Part shown: positions 1-11,400 of the stretch, piece by piece
Layout of the letters: each line of letters opens with the position of its first letter
How positions within the stretch are numbered: the stretch's first letter is position 1
NCBI GenBank assembly: GCA_964016885.1
Contig: OZ024759.1
Span: forward strand, 13,330,001-13,394,000
Source: Eledone cirrhosa
Lineage: Eukaryota
Reading direction: 5' to 3'
DNA length: 64,000 nucleotides
Notes under the pieces: generated by a model
The model's database searches: none
What the model saw: the letters and a program-made list of their open reading frames with translations, nothing else
Told to the model about the DNA's origin: nothing
Position numbers and translations under genes: made by a program

Positions 1-1343
1 ACCAGCATGGATTCCGTAATGGAAGGGATTGCCTGACGCAGCTACTGCATCACTTTGATGACATTTTGAGAGCCTTGGGAGAGGGTTCCAACACTGATGT
101 TATCTACCTTGATTTCAGCAAGGCCTTTGACAGGGTTGATCATAACATTCTACTGAGAAAACTGTCCAATATTGGTGTCACTGGAAAGCTGCTGCAGTGG
201 ATCAAGAGCTTCCTGTCAAACAGAACCCAACATGTTGTAGTTGAAGGAGTCAAATCCAGCCCAGCCGAAGTCAGTAGTGGGGTCCCACAAGGCACTGTGT
301 TGGGCCCACTTCTCTTCATCATCTATATTAATGACATCACTGACATCATCAAACACAGCAACATTAAAATTTTCGCTGATGATTCCAAGCTCCAAAAGGT
401 CATCAATGGCGTGGATGACCGGATAAGCCTTCAGTCAGACCTACTGGCTGTTACCCAATGGGTGGAAAAGAACATGTTACTGAACGAAGACAAATTCGAA
501 CTGATCCACTTTGGAAAAGAGGATGCTCTGAAACTCCCATACTCCCTTCCCTCCGGGGAAACTCTCGTGGCATCTAACAACATCAGAGACTTGGGAGTAA
601 CCGTGGACAGCAACATAAGCTGGGCCACGCATATAAGCAGCAAAGTTGACATGGCCCGCAGAATGTGTTCCTGGATCCTCAGAACCTTCCAGTCGAGAGA
701 TTCCCACACCATTATCCTTCTCTTCTCTACTTTTGCCCGACCACACCTTGAATACTGTTGTCCACTGTGGTCTCCCCACACGAAACAAAGTATCATGAAA
801 CTTGAAGCTCCTCAAAGGGCAATCACGAAAAAGATAGATGGCATGTCAGACCTTGACTACTGGGGTCGACTAGAAAAGCTGAAACTTTACTCACTCCAAC
901 GTCGCCGTGAGCGTTATATTATCTGCATGATGTGGAAAATGTTCCATCATCACTGCCCAAATGATGTTGGCATCGCCTTCAAGATACACCCAAGGCTTGG
1001 GCCCCGTGCTATCCGTCCCATACAAAAATCTAAATCGCAACTCATAACAACAATACGGCACAATTATTTCACCTCAATTGGCCCTGCTCTCTTCAACATC
1101 ACACCAGGACATGTCAAAACAGAAACTGACCACACAAAATTCAAGAAGTCTTTGGACAAATTCCTCCAAGTAATCCCGGACAAACCACCCACACCCGGAT
1201 ATGTCTCCGCAAACAGTAATTCGCTTCTCGAATGGGCCATGGTGCCCAAATCCTGAATTGAAAGACTTCGCCAGGTGGTGCTATTAAGTTAGACATGGCC
1301 TGGGCCAATACTGGCCAAAACATTTCAAAGTTATTCAAAGTTA
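1..1343 (+). mobile_element. CR1-group non-LTR retrotransposon, 3' part of ORF2 (RT) plus 3' UTR; copy of 52561-53906
   Basis: ORF to 1256 carries RT motifs YLDFSKAFDRV, GVPQGTVLGPLLF and FADD, then CR1-type RPHLEYCCPLWSPH and LYSLQRRRER. The short 3' UTR ends in (TTCAAAGTTA)x2. Runs off the left edge. Confidence 0.93.
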
Positions 1344-1475
1344 TATGTATGTATATATATATATATGTATGTATATATATATATATGTATGTATATATGT
1401 ATGTATGTATATATGTATGTATGTATATATATATGTATGTATATATATATGTATGTATATATATATGTATGTATG

Positions 1476-1511
<36 letters not shown>

Positions 1512-1545
1512 TATGTATGTATGTATGTATGTATATATATGTATG

Positions 1546-1693
1546 TATAATGGTCACAAGTGTAGTCTTTGTACCAGAGTTTTCAAGTCGCTGGCTGGAC
1601 TAAAAAGTCACACTCGTTCAGCTCATCGGTAGGGGTTCTCCTACATGGATATAAAGTAGTGGCCGTACTCGAAAACGAGTTGGCAGCCACCAT
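1546..1693 (+). mobile_element. 3' end of RTE-like LINE (C-terminal C2H2 motif plus short 3' UTR)
   Basis: Encodes [27 protein letters not shown]-stop (C-x2-C-x12-H-x4-H), then ~60 bp ending GGCAGCCACCAT into (ATGT)n. A second copy lies at ~2608-2748. Confidence 0.7.
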
Positions 1694-2030
1694 GTATGTA
1701 TGTATGTATGTATGTATGTGTGTGTGTGTATATGTATATATATGTATGTATGTCTATATATATATATGTATGTATGTATATATGTATATATATATGTATG
1801 TATGTATATGTGTATATATGTGTGTATGTATGTATATATGTATATGTATGTGTATGTCTATATATGTATATATGTATGTATGTCTGTATATGTATATATA
1901 TGTGTATGTCTATATATATATGTATGTATGTCTGTATATGTATGTGTATGTCTATATATATATATATGTATGTCTATATATATATATATGTATGTCTGTA
2001 TATGTCTGTATGTATGTATGTATGTATGTA

Positions 2031-2111
<81 letters not shown>

Positions 2112-2137
2112 ATACATATATGCATACATATATACAT

Positions 2138-2748
2138 AGTCAGGTCACCAGTTGGTGCTACTGGTAACATGTATCCCAGTACAACCTGTCCCATGGTCGG
2201 GTCGTTGGCGACTAAACTGGCAAACCCACCAAGGTTTCTTGGTGAGGAGGGTGACTTTGGACATCCTGCAGGACTAAAAACAAAACCTGTCAAAGGGCAA
2301 AGGAGCTCTTAAGAGTCAATGGCCATCCAAAATCACCGGGAGAGATGACCCCTTAGCCTTTGTCAAGGCAGAATTCTAGGAGAAGGAAAACTCTGATATA
2401 ACACCTGCAACCCTGATGGTATCCAATGATGTTGACTTGTTCTTCTTTTTGGTAAATATCATCTTGGTTAAGAGAGTGGGACTGGCTTTGTGCAGTGCCT
2501 TTGCTCACTATAAAAGCTTCACGGCACAGGCATTGCTTTATATCTGGAGATCTCTCTGCACTTGTCGTCACGTGGTACCATGGGCCCAGCACTATGTGTC
2601 AATAATTGTCACAGGTGTAGTGTTTGTACCAGAGTTTTCAAGTCTCTGGCTAGACTAAAAAGTCACACTCGTTCAGCGCATCGGTAGGGGTTCTCCTACA
2701 TGGATATAAAGTAGTGGCCGTACTCGAAAACGAGTTGGCAGCCACCAT
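2138..2748 (+). mobile_element. Short non-autonomous RTE-like element (5' UTR-like part joined to the 3' end)
   Basis: The 3' ~140 bp matches 1553-1693. The 5' part has CTAGGAGAAGGAAAACTCTGA, a motif I recall from RTE 5' UTRs. There is no RT in between. Confidence 0.55.
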
Positions 2749-2755
2749 ATGTATG

Positions 2756-2791
<36 letters not shown>

Positions 2792-2924
2792 TGTATATGT
2801 ATGTATGTATGTGTATGTATGTATGTATGTATGTATATATATGTATGTATGTATATATATGTATGTATGTATATATATATATGTATGTATATATATATAT
2901 GTATGTATATATATATATGTATGT

Positions 2925-2958
<34 letters not shown>

Positions 2959-2978
2959 GTATATGTATGTATGTATGT

Positions 2979-3012
<34 letters not shown>

Positions 3013-3155
3013 GTATATATATGTATGTATGTATATATATGTATGTATATATGTATGTATGTATGTATGTGTATATGTATATATGTATGTATGTATATAT
3101 GTGTATATGTATAAATGTATGTATATATATCTATGTATGTGTTTGTAGATATATC

Positions 3156-3203
<48 letters not shown>

Positions 3204-3265
3204 CTGTGTGTGTATATATTTATAATATATAATGTTAATGGTATATTTTGATATTTCCCTTTCAG

Positions 3266-3309
3266 AGCCATTTATTCTGCAACATTATCCTCGTAATTAT
3301 GCTGACGAA
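3266..3309 (+). CDS. DENND1: Duplicate copy of DENND1-like 44-nt coding exon
   Basis: tttccctttcag|AGCCATTT...GACGAA|gtaagt, identical to 55385-55428. Confidence 0.8.
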
Positions 3310-3657
3310 GTAAGTCATTTACTCTATTTAAATGTCAAAATAAACTCTCATTAATTATTCTTAATAAGACTCATTTTCTGTTCCATTAACCTCCCATTTA
3401 CACTCTTTTCCTATCAATCTGCTATTTTCTACAACACTAAACACTTAATCCTTAACCACATAACATTACTCTATATATACTATTGTATTTTCATGGTAAA
3501 ATACCTCACATAATATTGAAGCTATGAGATTTTAATATTATCTATTTTAAGAACAATACCTTAACATCAGTATGAATGGCTAGTTACAGCCGGTTTGAAC
3601 AGAAAGAGGTGAGAGAATTTTCGCCAGATATGGCCGGTTTAACTCTTTAGCATTTAC

Positions 3658-5300
3658 ATCTACTTATATATATAACCAGCAATTTCTCTGTCTGTCTGTC
3701 CGTCAGTGGAAACACGTGCGTAGAGAGAGAGAGTGAGAGTGAAAGAAAGAGACAGACTACGAGAGGGGGATAGCGTGAGGGAGAGAGAGAGAGTGAATAG
3801 CCGCTAAAACACGTGCTACAGAAACATTACCTTCCCCTCTCCACTGACTTTGGTCACTGAGACCGAGGGAATCGCGCTGAGCGCGCCATAATGACGTAAT
3901 GCAGACAGCCAGACATACAGACAGATATTATAAGGGCGCAACGTTATATCTATGTATCTATCTAAAAAGAAAGACTAAGAATTATAAAGAGAGAACGCTA
4001 AATCGCCTAATGCGGTCCCTAGGGCATTGAAAATTTGAAATAACTTTTGCTCAAAACACTCACAGGACCATAAGTATTACATGTCTAAAGTTTGAAAACA
4101 ATCGGTTGGATGGTTCTCAAGTTTTAGTGAGCTGACAGGCAGACAGACATTCTCTGTTTTAGATATATAGACTAGCAGAAAACCGCCCTCCAGGTGGTTT
4201 TCTGCTAGTCTACTATATAAATGGCAATTTCTGTCTGTCTGTGTATATGTGTATAGCCAGTTGGCGCCTACACCAGTGATCCGATCCTGATGAAACTTTA
4301 CACACATGTTAAGCTAGTATTCACAAACAGGACTGGCTAATTGGATTTCAATAAAATTCAATAATGGAATCCCTGGCGACATCTTTACAATGGAGGAGGA
4401 AAGAGACATTTCAGTGAGAGAGGGGGAAGAGTAGATACTACCACTGTATGTTAAACCGTCCCTCCCACTACTCCTCTTCCGCCTCCCACAACTCAGTCTT
4501 CCAAAACGAAGCAACAACTTATTGGAAATGAGTTTATTTTGTCGATATTTCAAGGTGTCGGATCGTGGGAATATTGTTCTTGGTATATAAACATGTGCGT
4601 TCTCTACTGAATTTACATTACACAAATTGTCCTTTTAACCCTTTAGTGTTCAAACTGGCCAAAACCGGCCAGAATTCTCTACCTCTTTCTGTTCAAACCG
4701 GCTATAACTGGTCGCTCAAACTGATATTAAGTTATTGTTCTTAAAATAAATACTTTCAAAATCTCATAGATTTGATATTATGTGAGATAATTATGTGAGG
4801 TAAAGCATTTACCATGAAAATATAATAGTAAATATAAAATAATTGTTTCTACTTTTGGTACAAGGCCAGCAATTACCCAGTACATTACTGGTACTTTATT
4901 TTATCGACCCCGTAAGGATGAAAGGCAAAGTTAACCTTAGAAGGATTTGAACTCAGATCATAAAGGGCCGTAACTATGCTGGAAAGCATGTCCGACCCTC
5001 TACCGATACTGCCAATTCACCTGTGAATGTTAAAGGATTAAATATAAGTAACTCCATTCGTTTTCATTTAAACAACGGTCTTTCTGCTTGCAACCTTAAC
5101 ACTATTCGGCAAGCCCACAATCCGATCCTGATGAAACTTTATACACATGTTAAGCTAATATTCAGAAACAGGACTGGCTAATTGGATTTCAATAAAAATC
5201 AATAATGAAACCCCTGGGGACATCTTTACAATGGAGGAGGAAAGAGATGTTTCAGTGAGAGAGGCAGAAGAGTGGGTTTTACCGGGTACTGCAGCTAGTT
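3658..5300. mobile_element. Cluster of Helitron-like non-autonomous fragments with nested MITE and SINE (also ~55778-57430)
   Basis: TCTAC/TCTAT-ATATA starts followed by (TCTG)n at ~3659 (+), ~4209 (+) and ~4171 (-). Hairpin ACTAGCAGAAAACC...GGTTTTCTGCTAGT at 4171-4209. CTAG end near 5298. Internal segment repeated at ~4279-4435 and ~5119-5272. Confidence 0.5.
4634..5041. mobile_element. TTAA-flanked piggyBac-like MITE containing a minus-strand SINE (also ~56765-57171)
   Basis: Termini TTAACCCTTTAG and TTAAAGGATTAA. Family pieces also occur at ~3451-3657, 5310-5497 and 8003-8159. The SINE lies at ~4840-5020. Confidence 0.65.
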
Positions 5301-5585
5301 ACTCTATAATCCGGCCAAAATTCTCTCACCCCTTTCTGTTCAAACTGGCTGTAACCAGTTGCTCATACTTATGTTAAGGTATTGTTCTCCAACTATCAAC
5401 ATTTCATAGCTTCAATATTATGTGAGATAATTACGTGAGGTAAAGCTTTTATTGTAACAATGCAACAGTATATGTACTGTGAATGGTAAAGGGTTAAATT
5501 ATCGGTATCAGTTTTACAATTAATTATTACCATTGTTTGACTGTTGTCTCTGGTACTACAGAAACTTTACCTCAACCCTACCGTA

Positions 5586-6125
5586 TCCCCCCCCCCCCCC
5601 ACATCTCCCCTCCAACCACCCTGCCCCATCTCCCTTCCCCTCCACCCACCTCATCTCCCCTCCACCCACCCTGCCTCCCTCCACTCCACCCCATCTCACC
5701 TCCACACTACACTACACCACACCACACATTATACTCCACACCACACATTATACTCCACACCACACTATACACCACACACCACACTATACACCACACCATA
5801 CACCACACTATATATACCACACCACACTACACACCACACTACACACCACACTATATACACCACACTACACACCACACTATATACACCACACCACACCACA
5901 CTATACCATACACCACACTATACTCTACACTACACCACACACCACACACCACACCATACACCACACCGCACTACACACCACACCATACACTACACTACAC
6001 CACACCACACCACCCTATACACTACAAACCACACCACCCTATACAATACACCCACCCACCACACCACACCACACCATACACCCCACCACACCACACTACA
6101 CCCCCCACCATACCACACTACACCA
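5586..6125. repeat. C-rich (CACCA/CACTA)n low-complexity tract (also 57716-58237)
   Basis: Degenerate pentanucleotide repeats. Confidence 0.9.
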
Positions 6126-6313
6126 TTAGTTGAAACTGTAGATATCTGATGGAGTTAAGTCTCCAAATATATTTTAATTGGACAAGACAGCTTCTTATAG
6201 GAGAGGACATATTTTTACAAGATATGTATTTATATATATGTGTGTGTGGCTGTGTGTGTGGATGTGTGTGTGTGTGTCGATATGTGTGTGTGTGTGTCGA
6301 TATGTGTGTGTCG

Positions 6314-6355
<42 letters not shown>

Positions 6356-6482
6356 ATTTGTATTTAATGATGTGTGTGTCTGTGTTTTTTAAAGTTGTAA
6401 CAGAAATGCATTTATTTAACTGATTTCATAGATGTGTGTGTGTATACGTATATATATGTGTATATATTTATATATATATATA

Positions 6483-6524
<42 letters not shown>

Positions 6525-6630
6525 CATATTATGTGTGTGTGTATATATATAGATAAATATGATGTGTATATATATGTATATATATAAAATGCTTTTGTAA
6601 ACTTCTAAATATACTCCTTTTACACACACA

Positions 6631-6732
<102 letters not shown>

Positions 6733-7382
6733 AATAAATAATCAGTTTTACAACTGTTTTTCCAAGCTTGAATGGGTTGGATGGGAATATGAGTGTGTAT
6801 GTACACACACACACACAACACACCACACCACACACACACCATACACACACACAGCACACCACACACACACACAGCACACCACACACACACACACACACCA
6901 CACACACACACGTATAATGGTCTTTATTAATTGTTGCGTTGCTTACATAAGATGTAAGAGTTACAATGTGTCCTTTCAGATAACCATATGTATATCATCA
7001 TCATCATCATCTACCATATATTATAGAGTAATGTAATGCCCCCCCCCATCTAAATGCCCCCCCCCCCCCCCCCCCCTCAAGTGTTTCCTCTCCACCTCAA
7101 TCTAATTTGAACATCATTCAACAGATATATATTTTGTATATTATACATGTATACATACATATATAATAATAATGATAATAATGAAAATTATTGTGTACAG
7201 TGCTCAGGTGCACTACAACCCACCAAAGGTGCATATATAGTATTTATATATAGTTTCAGAAGATCCCGTTAAGGGTGAAAGCTGCGATTGTTTGCTTAAA
7301 CTTTAATCTGTTATTTAAAAATATATTTGATATATATTTATCCTTATTGAGCGCTCTTTGGATTTTAGTCTTTACATTATAT

Positions 7383-7766
7383 GGAGGCACATGGCTTAGT
7401 GTTTAGAGCGTTGGCCTTGCAATCGAAAGGTTGTGAGTTCAATTCTCGGACCGGGTGATGTGCTGTGTCCTTGAGCAAGACACTTTATTTCACATTCCTC
7501 CAGTTTACTCAGCTGTAGAAATGAGATGATAGGACTGGTGTCCCTATCATTCCACTGCAAAGTGGTCGTGGAGGTGCCACGGCAAAAAAGAACCCAGCCC
7601 ACACTGTAAAGTGGACGTGTAGGCGCCACGGCAAAAAAGCACCCAGCACTCACTGTAAATGAGGTTGGTGTTAGGAAGGGCATCCAGCTGTAGAAATCAA
7701 GCCAGAATCAGTTCCCATCCCACCCTTGCAAGCAGGGAAAAGCGGACGTAAAATGATGATGATGAT
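7383..7766 (+). mobile_element. tRNA-derived CORE-like SINE (family A) with two internal 49-bp units
   Basis: A box TGGCTTAGTG, B box GAGTTCAATTC, CORE-like GTCCTTGAGCAAGACACT, tail GGAAGGGCATCCAGCTGTAGAAA...(ATG)n. Confidence 0.85.
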
Positions 7767-8205
7767 ATATATACATAATTATAATTTAGAGCAGTGGTCT
7801 TCAACCTTATTTTATATCACAGACTGGCTTCATGCCGGACAACCTTTCTGTGGACCGATAGTTGTACATATGTGTTATTTAAGTGTATTTTGATAAAGAG
7901 AGCAATAATAAAAAGAGCAATTTATTAAAGTAGATGAATTTTGAATATTTAAACAAATCTTTTAAAATTAAAGTCCAATATTCAATTTATCTATTATATA
8001 ATTTTAACCTTTAGCATTTACATTAGAAATATATGAGATTTTCATATTTATTTTAAGAACAATACCTTAACATAAGTATAAGCAACCAGTTACAACCGAT
8101 TTGAACAGAAAGAGGTGAAAGAATTCTGGTTTATGGCCGGTTTAAATGTTAAAGGGTTAGACAAGTTAATTATTTCTGTGTGGCCTGGTAGCAAATGATC
8201 CATGA

Positions 8206-8405
8206 NNNNNNNNNNNNNNNNNNNNNNNNNNNNNNNNNNNNNNNNNNNNNNNNNNNNNNNNNNNNNNNNNNNNNNNNNNNNNNNNNNNNNNNNNNNNNNN
8301 NNNNNNNNNNNNNNNNNNNNNNNNNNNNNNNNNNNNNNNNNNNNNNNNNNNNNNNNNNNNNNNNNNNNNNNNNNNNNNNNNNNNNNNNNNNNNNNNNNNN
8401 NNNNN
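8206..8405. other. Assembly gap
   Basis: 200 N, a round placeholder size. Confidence 1.
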
Positions 8406-11400
8406 GGAGTTGGTTCCTCTGTGTTGACAGTGGAGTTTGGTTCCTCTGTGTTTGGACCTGGTGTATATGAGAGAGGGAGAGGGTGAGAGAGACAGGCAAT
8501 GACAGTGGGAGTTTGGTTCCTCTGTGTTTAGACCTGGTGTATATGAGAGAGGGAGAGGGTGAGAGAGACAGGCAATGACAGTGGGAGTTTGGTTCCTCTG
8601 TGTTTAGACCTGTGTATATGAGAGAGGGAGAGGGTGAGAGAGACAGGCAATGACAGTGGGAGTTTGGTTCCTCTGTGTTTAGACCTGGTGTATATGAGAG
8701 AGGGAGAGGGTGAGAGAGACAGGCAATGACAGTGGGAGTTTGGTTCCTCTGTGTTTAGACCTGGTGTATATGAGAGAGGGAGAGGGTGAGAGAGACAGGC
8801 AATGACAGTGGGAGTTTGGTTCCTCTGTGTTTAGACCTGGTGTATATGAGAGAGGGAGAGGGTGAGAGAGACAGGCAATGACAGTGGGAGTTTGGTTCCT
8901 CTGTGTTTAGACCTGGTGTATATGAGAGAGGGAGAGGGTGAGAGAGACAGGCAATGACAGTGGGAGTTTGGTTCCTCTGTGTTTAGACCTGGTGTATATG
9001 AGAGAGGGAGAGGGTGAGAGAGACAGGCAATGACAGTGGGAGTTTGGTTCCTCTGTGTTTAGACCTGGTGTATATGAGAGAGGGAGAGGGTGAGAGAGAC
9101 AGGCAATGACAGTGGGAGTTTGGTTCCTCTGTGTTAGACCTGGTGTATATGAGAGAGGGAGAGGGTGAGAGAGACAGGCAATGACAGTGGGAGTTTGGTT
9201 CCTCTGTGTTTAGACCTGGTGTATATGAGAGAGGGAGAGGGTGAGAGAGACAGGCAATGACAGTGGGAGTTTGGTTCCTCTGTGTTTAGACCTGGTGTAT
9301 ATGAGAGAGGGAGAGGGTGAGAGAGACAGGCAATGACAGTGGGAGTTTGGTTCCTCTGTGTTTAGACCTGGTGTATATGAGAGAGGGAGAGGGTGGAGAG
9401 AGACAGGCAATGACAGTGGGAGTTTGGTTCCTCTGTGTTTAGACCTGGTGTATATGAGAGAGGGAGAGGGTGAGAGAGACAGGCAATGACAGTGGGAGTT
9501 TGGTTCCTCTGTGTTTAGGACCTGGTGTATATGAGAGAGGGAGAGGGTGAGAGAGACAGGCAATGACAGTGGGAGTTTGGTTCCTCTGTGTTTGGACCTG
9601 GTGTATATGAGAGAGGGAGAGGGTGAGAGAGACAGGCAATGACAGTGGGAGTTTGGTTCCTCTGTGTTTAGACCTGGTGTATATGAGAGAGGGAGAGGGT
9701 GAGAGAGGACAGCAATGACAGTGGGAGTTTGGTTCCTCTGTGTTTAGACCTGGTGTATATGAGAGGGGAGAGGGTGAGAGAGACAGGCAATGACAGTGGG
9801 AGTTTGGTTCCTCTGTGTTTAGACCTGGTGTATATGAGAGAGGGAGAGGGTTGAGAGAGACAGGCAATGACAGTGGGAGTTTGGTTCCTCTGTGTTTAGA
9901 CCTGGTGTATATGAGAGAGGGAGAGGGTGAGAGAGACAGGCAATGACAGTGGGAGTTTGGTTCCTCTGTGTTTGGACCTGGTGTATATGAGAGAGGGAGA
10001 GGGTGAGAGAGACAGGCAATGACAGTGGGAGTTTGGTTCCTCTGTGTTTAGACCTGGTGTATATGAGAAGGGAGAGGGTGAGAGAGACAGGCAATGACAG
10101 TGGGAGTTTGGCTCTTCTGTGTTTAGACCTGGTGTATATGAGAGAGGGAGAGGGTGAGAGAGACAGGCAATGACAGTGGGAGTTTGGTTCCTCTGTGTTT
10201 AGACCTGGTGTATATGAGAGAGGGAGAGGGTGAGAGAGACAGGCAATGACAGTGGGAGTTTGGTTCCTCTGTGTTTAGACCTGGTGTATATGAGAGAGGG
10301 AGAGGGTGAGAGAGACAGGCAATGACAGTGGGAGTTTGGTTCCTCTGTGTTTAGACCTGGTGTATATGAGAGAGGGAGAGGGTGAGAGAGACAGGCAATG
10401 ACAGTGGGAGTTTGGTTCCTCTGTGTTTAGACCTGGTGTATATGAGAGAGGGAGAGGGTGAGAGAGACAGGCAATGACAGTGGGAGTTTGGTTCCTCTGT
10501 GTTTAGACCTGGTGTATATGAGAGAGGGAGAGGGTGAGTGAGAGAGACAGGCAATGACAGTGGGAGTTTGGTTCCTCTGTGTTTAGACCTGGTGTATATG
10601 AGAGAGGGAGAGGGTGAGAGAGACAGGCAATGACAGTGGGAGTTTGGTTCCTCTGTGTTTAGACCTGGTGTATATGAGAGAGGGAGAGGGTGAGAGAGAC
10701 AGGCAATGACAGTGGGAGTTTGGTTCCTCTGTGTTTAGACCTGGTGTATATGAGAGAGGGAGAGGGTGAGAGAGACAGGCAATGACAGTGGGAGTTTGGT
10801 TCCTCTGTGTTTAGACCTGGTGTATATGAGAGAGGGAGAGGGTGAGAGAGACAGGCAATGACAGTGGGAGTTTGGTTCCTCTGTGTTTAGACCTGGTGTA
10901 TATGAGAGAGGGAGAGGGTGAGAGAGACAGGCAATGACAGTGGGAGTTTGGTTCCTCTGTGTTTAGACCTGGTGTATATGAGAGAGGGAGAGGGTGAGAG
11001 AGACAGGCAATGACAGTGGGAGTTTGGTTCCTCTGTGTTTAGACCTGGTGTATATGAGAGAGGGAGAGGGTGAGAGAGACAGGCAATGACAGTGGGAGTT
11101 TGGTTCCTCTGTGTTTAGACCTGGTGTATATGAGAGAGAGGGAGAGGGTGAGAGAGACAGGCAATGACAGTGGGAGTTTGGTTCCTCTGTGTTTAGACCT
11201 GGTGTATATGAGAGAGGGAGAGGGTGAGAGAGACAGGCAATGACAGTGGGAGTTTGGTTCCTCTGTGTTTAGACCTGGTGTATATGAGAGAGGGAGAGGG
11301 TGAGAGAGACAGGCAATGACAGTGGGAGTTTGGTTCCTCTGTGTTTAGACCTGGTGTATATGAGAGAGGGAGAGGGTGAGAGAGACAGGCAATGACAGTG

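Larger units (their letters stand above)
1344..3235. repeat. (TA)n/(TATG)n/(TG)n microsatellite field, interrupted by two RTE-like pieces
   Basis: Read directly from the sequence. Confidence 0.95.

Noticed and set aside
1546-1632. Host C2H2 zinc-finger gene exon
   Set aside because: It is a single finger followed by a stop, a short UTR and a repeat tail. It occurs twice and is absent from the duplicate region, which fits a LINE 3' end.
4280-4300. Hammerhead ribozyme cores (CTGATGA at ~4288, ~5128 and ~43085)
   Set aside because: There is no stem II between CTGATGA and GAAA and no stem I pairing.
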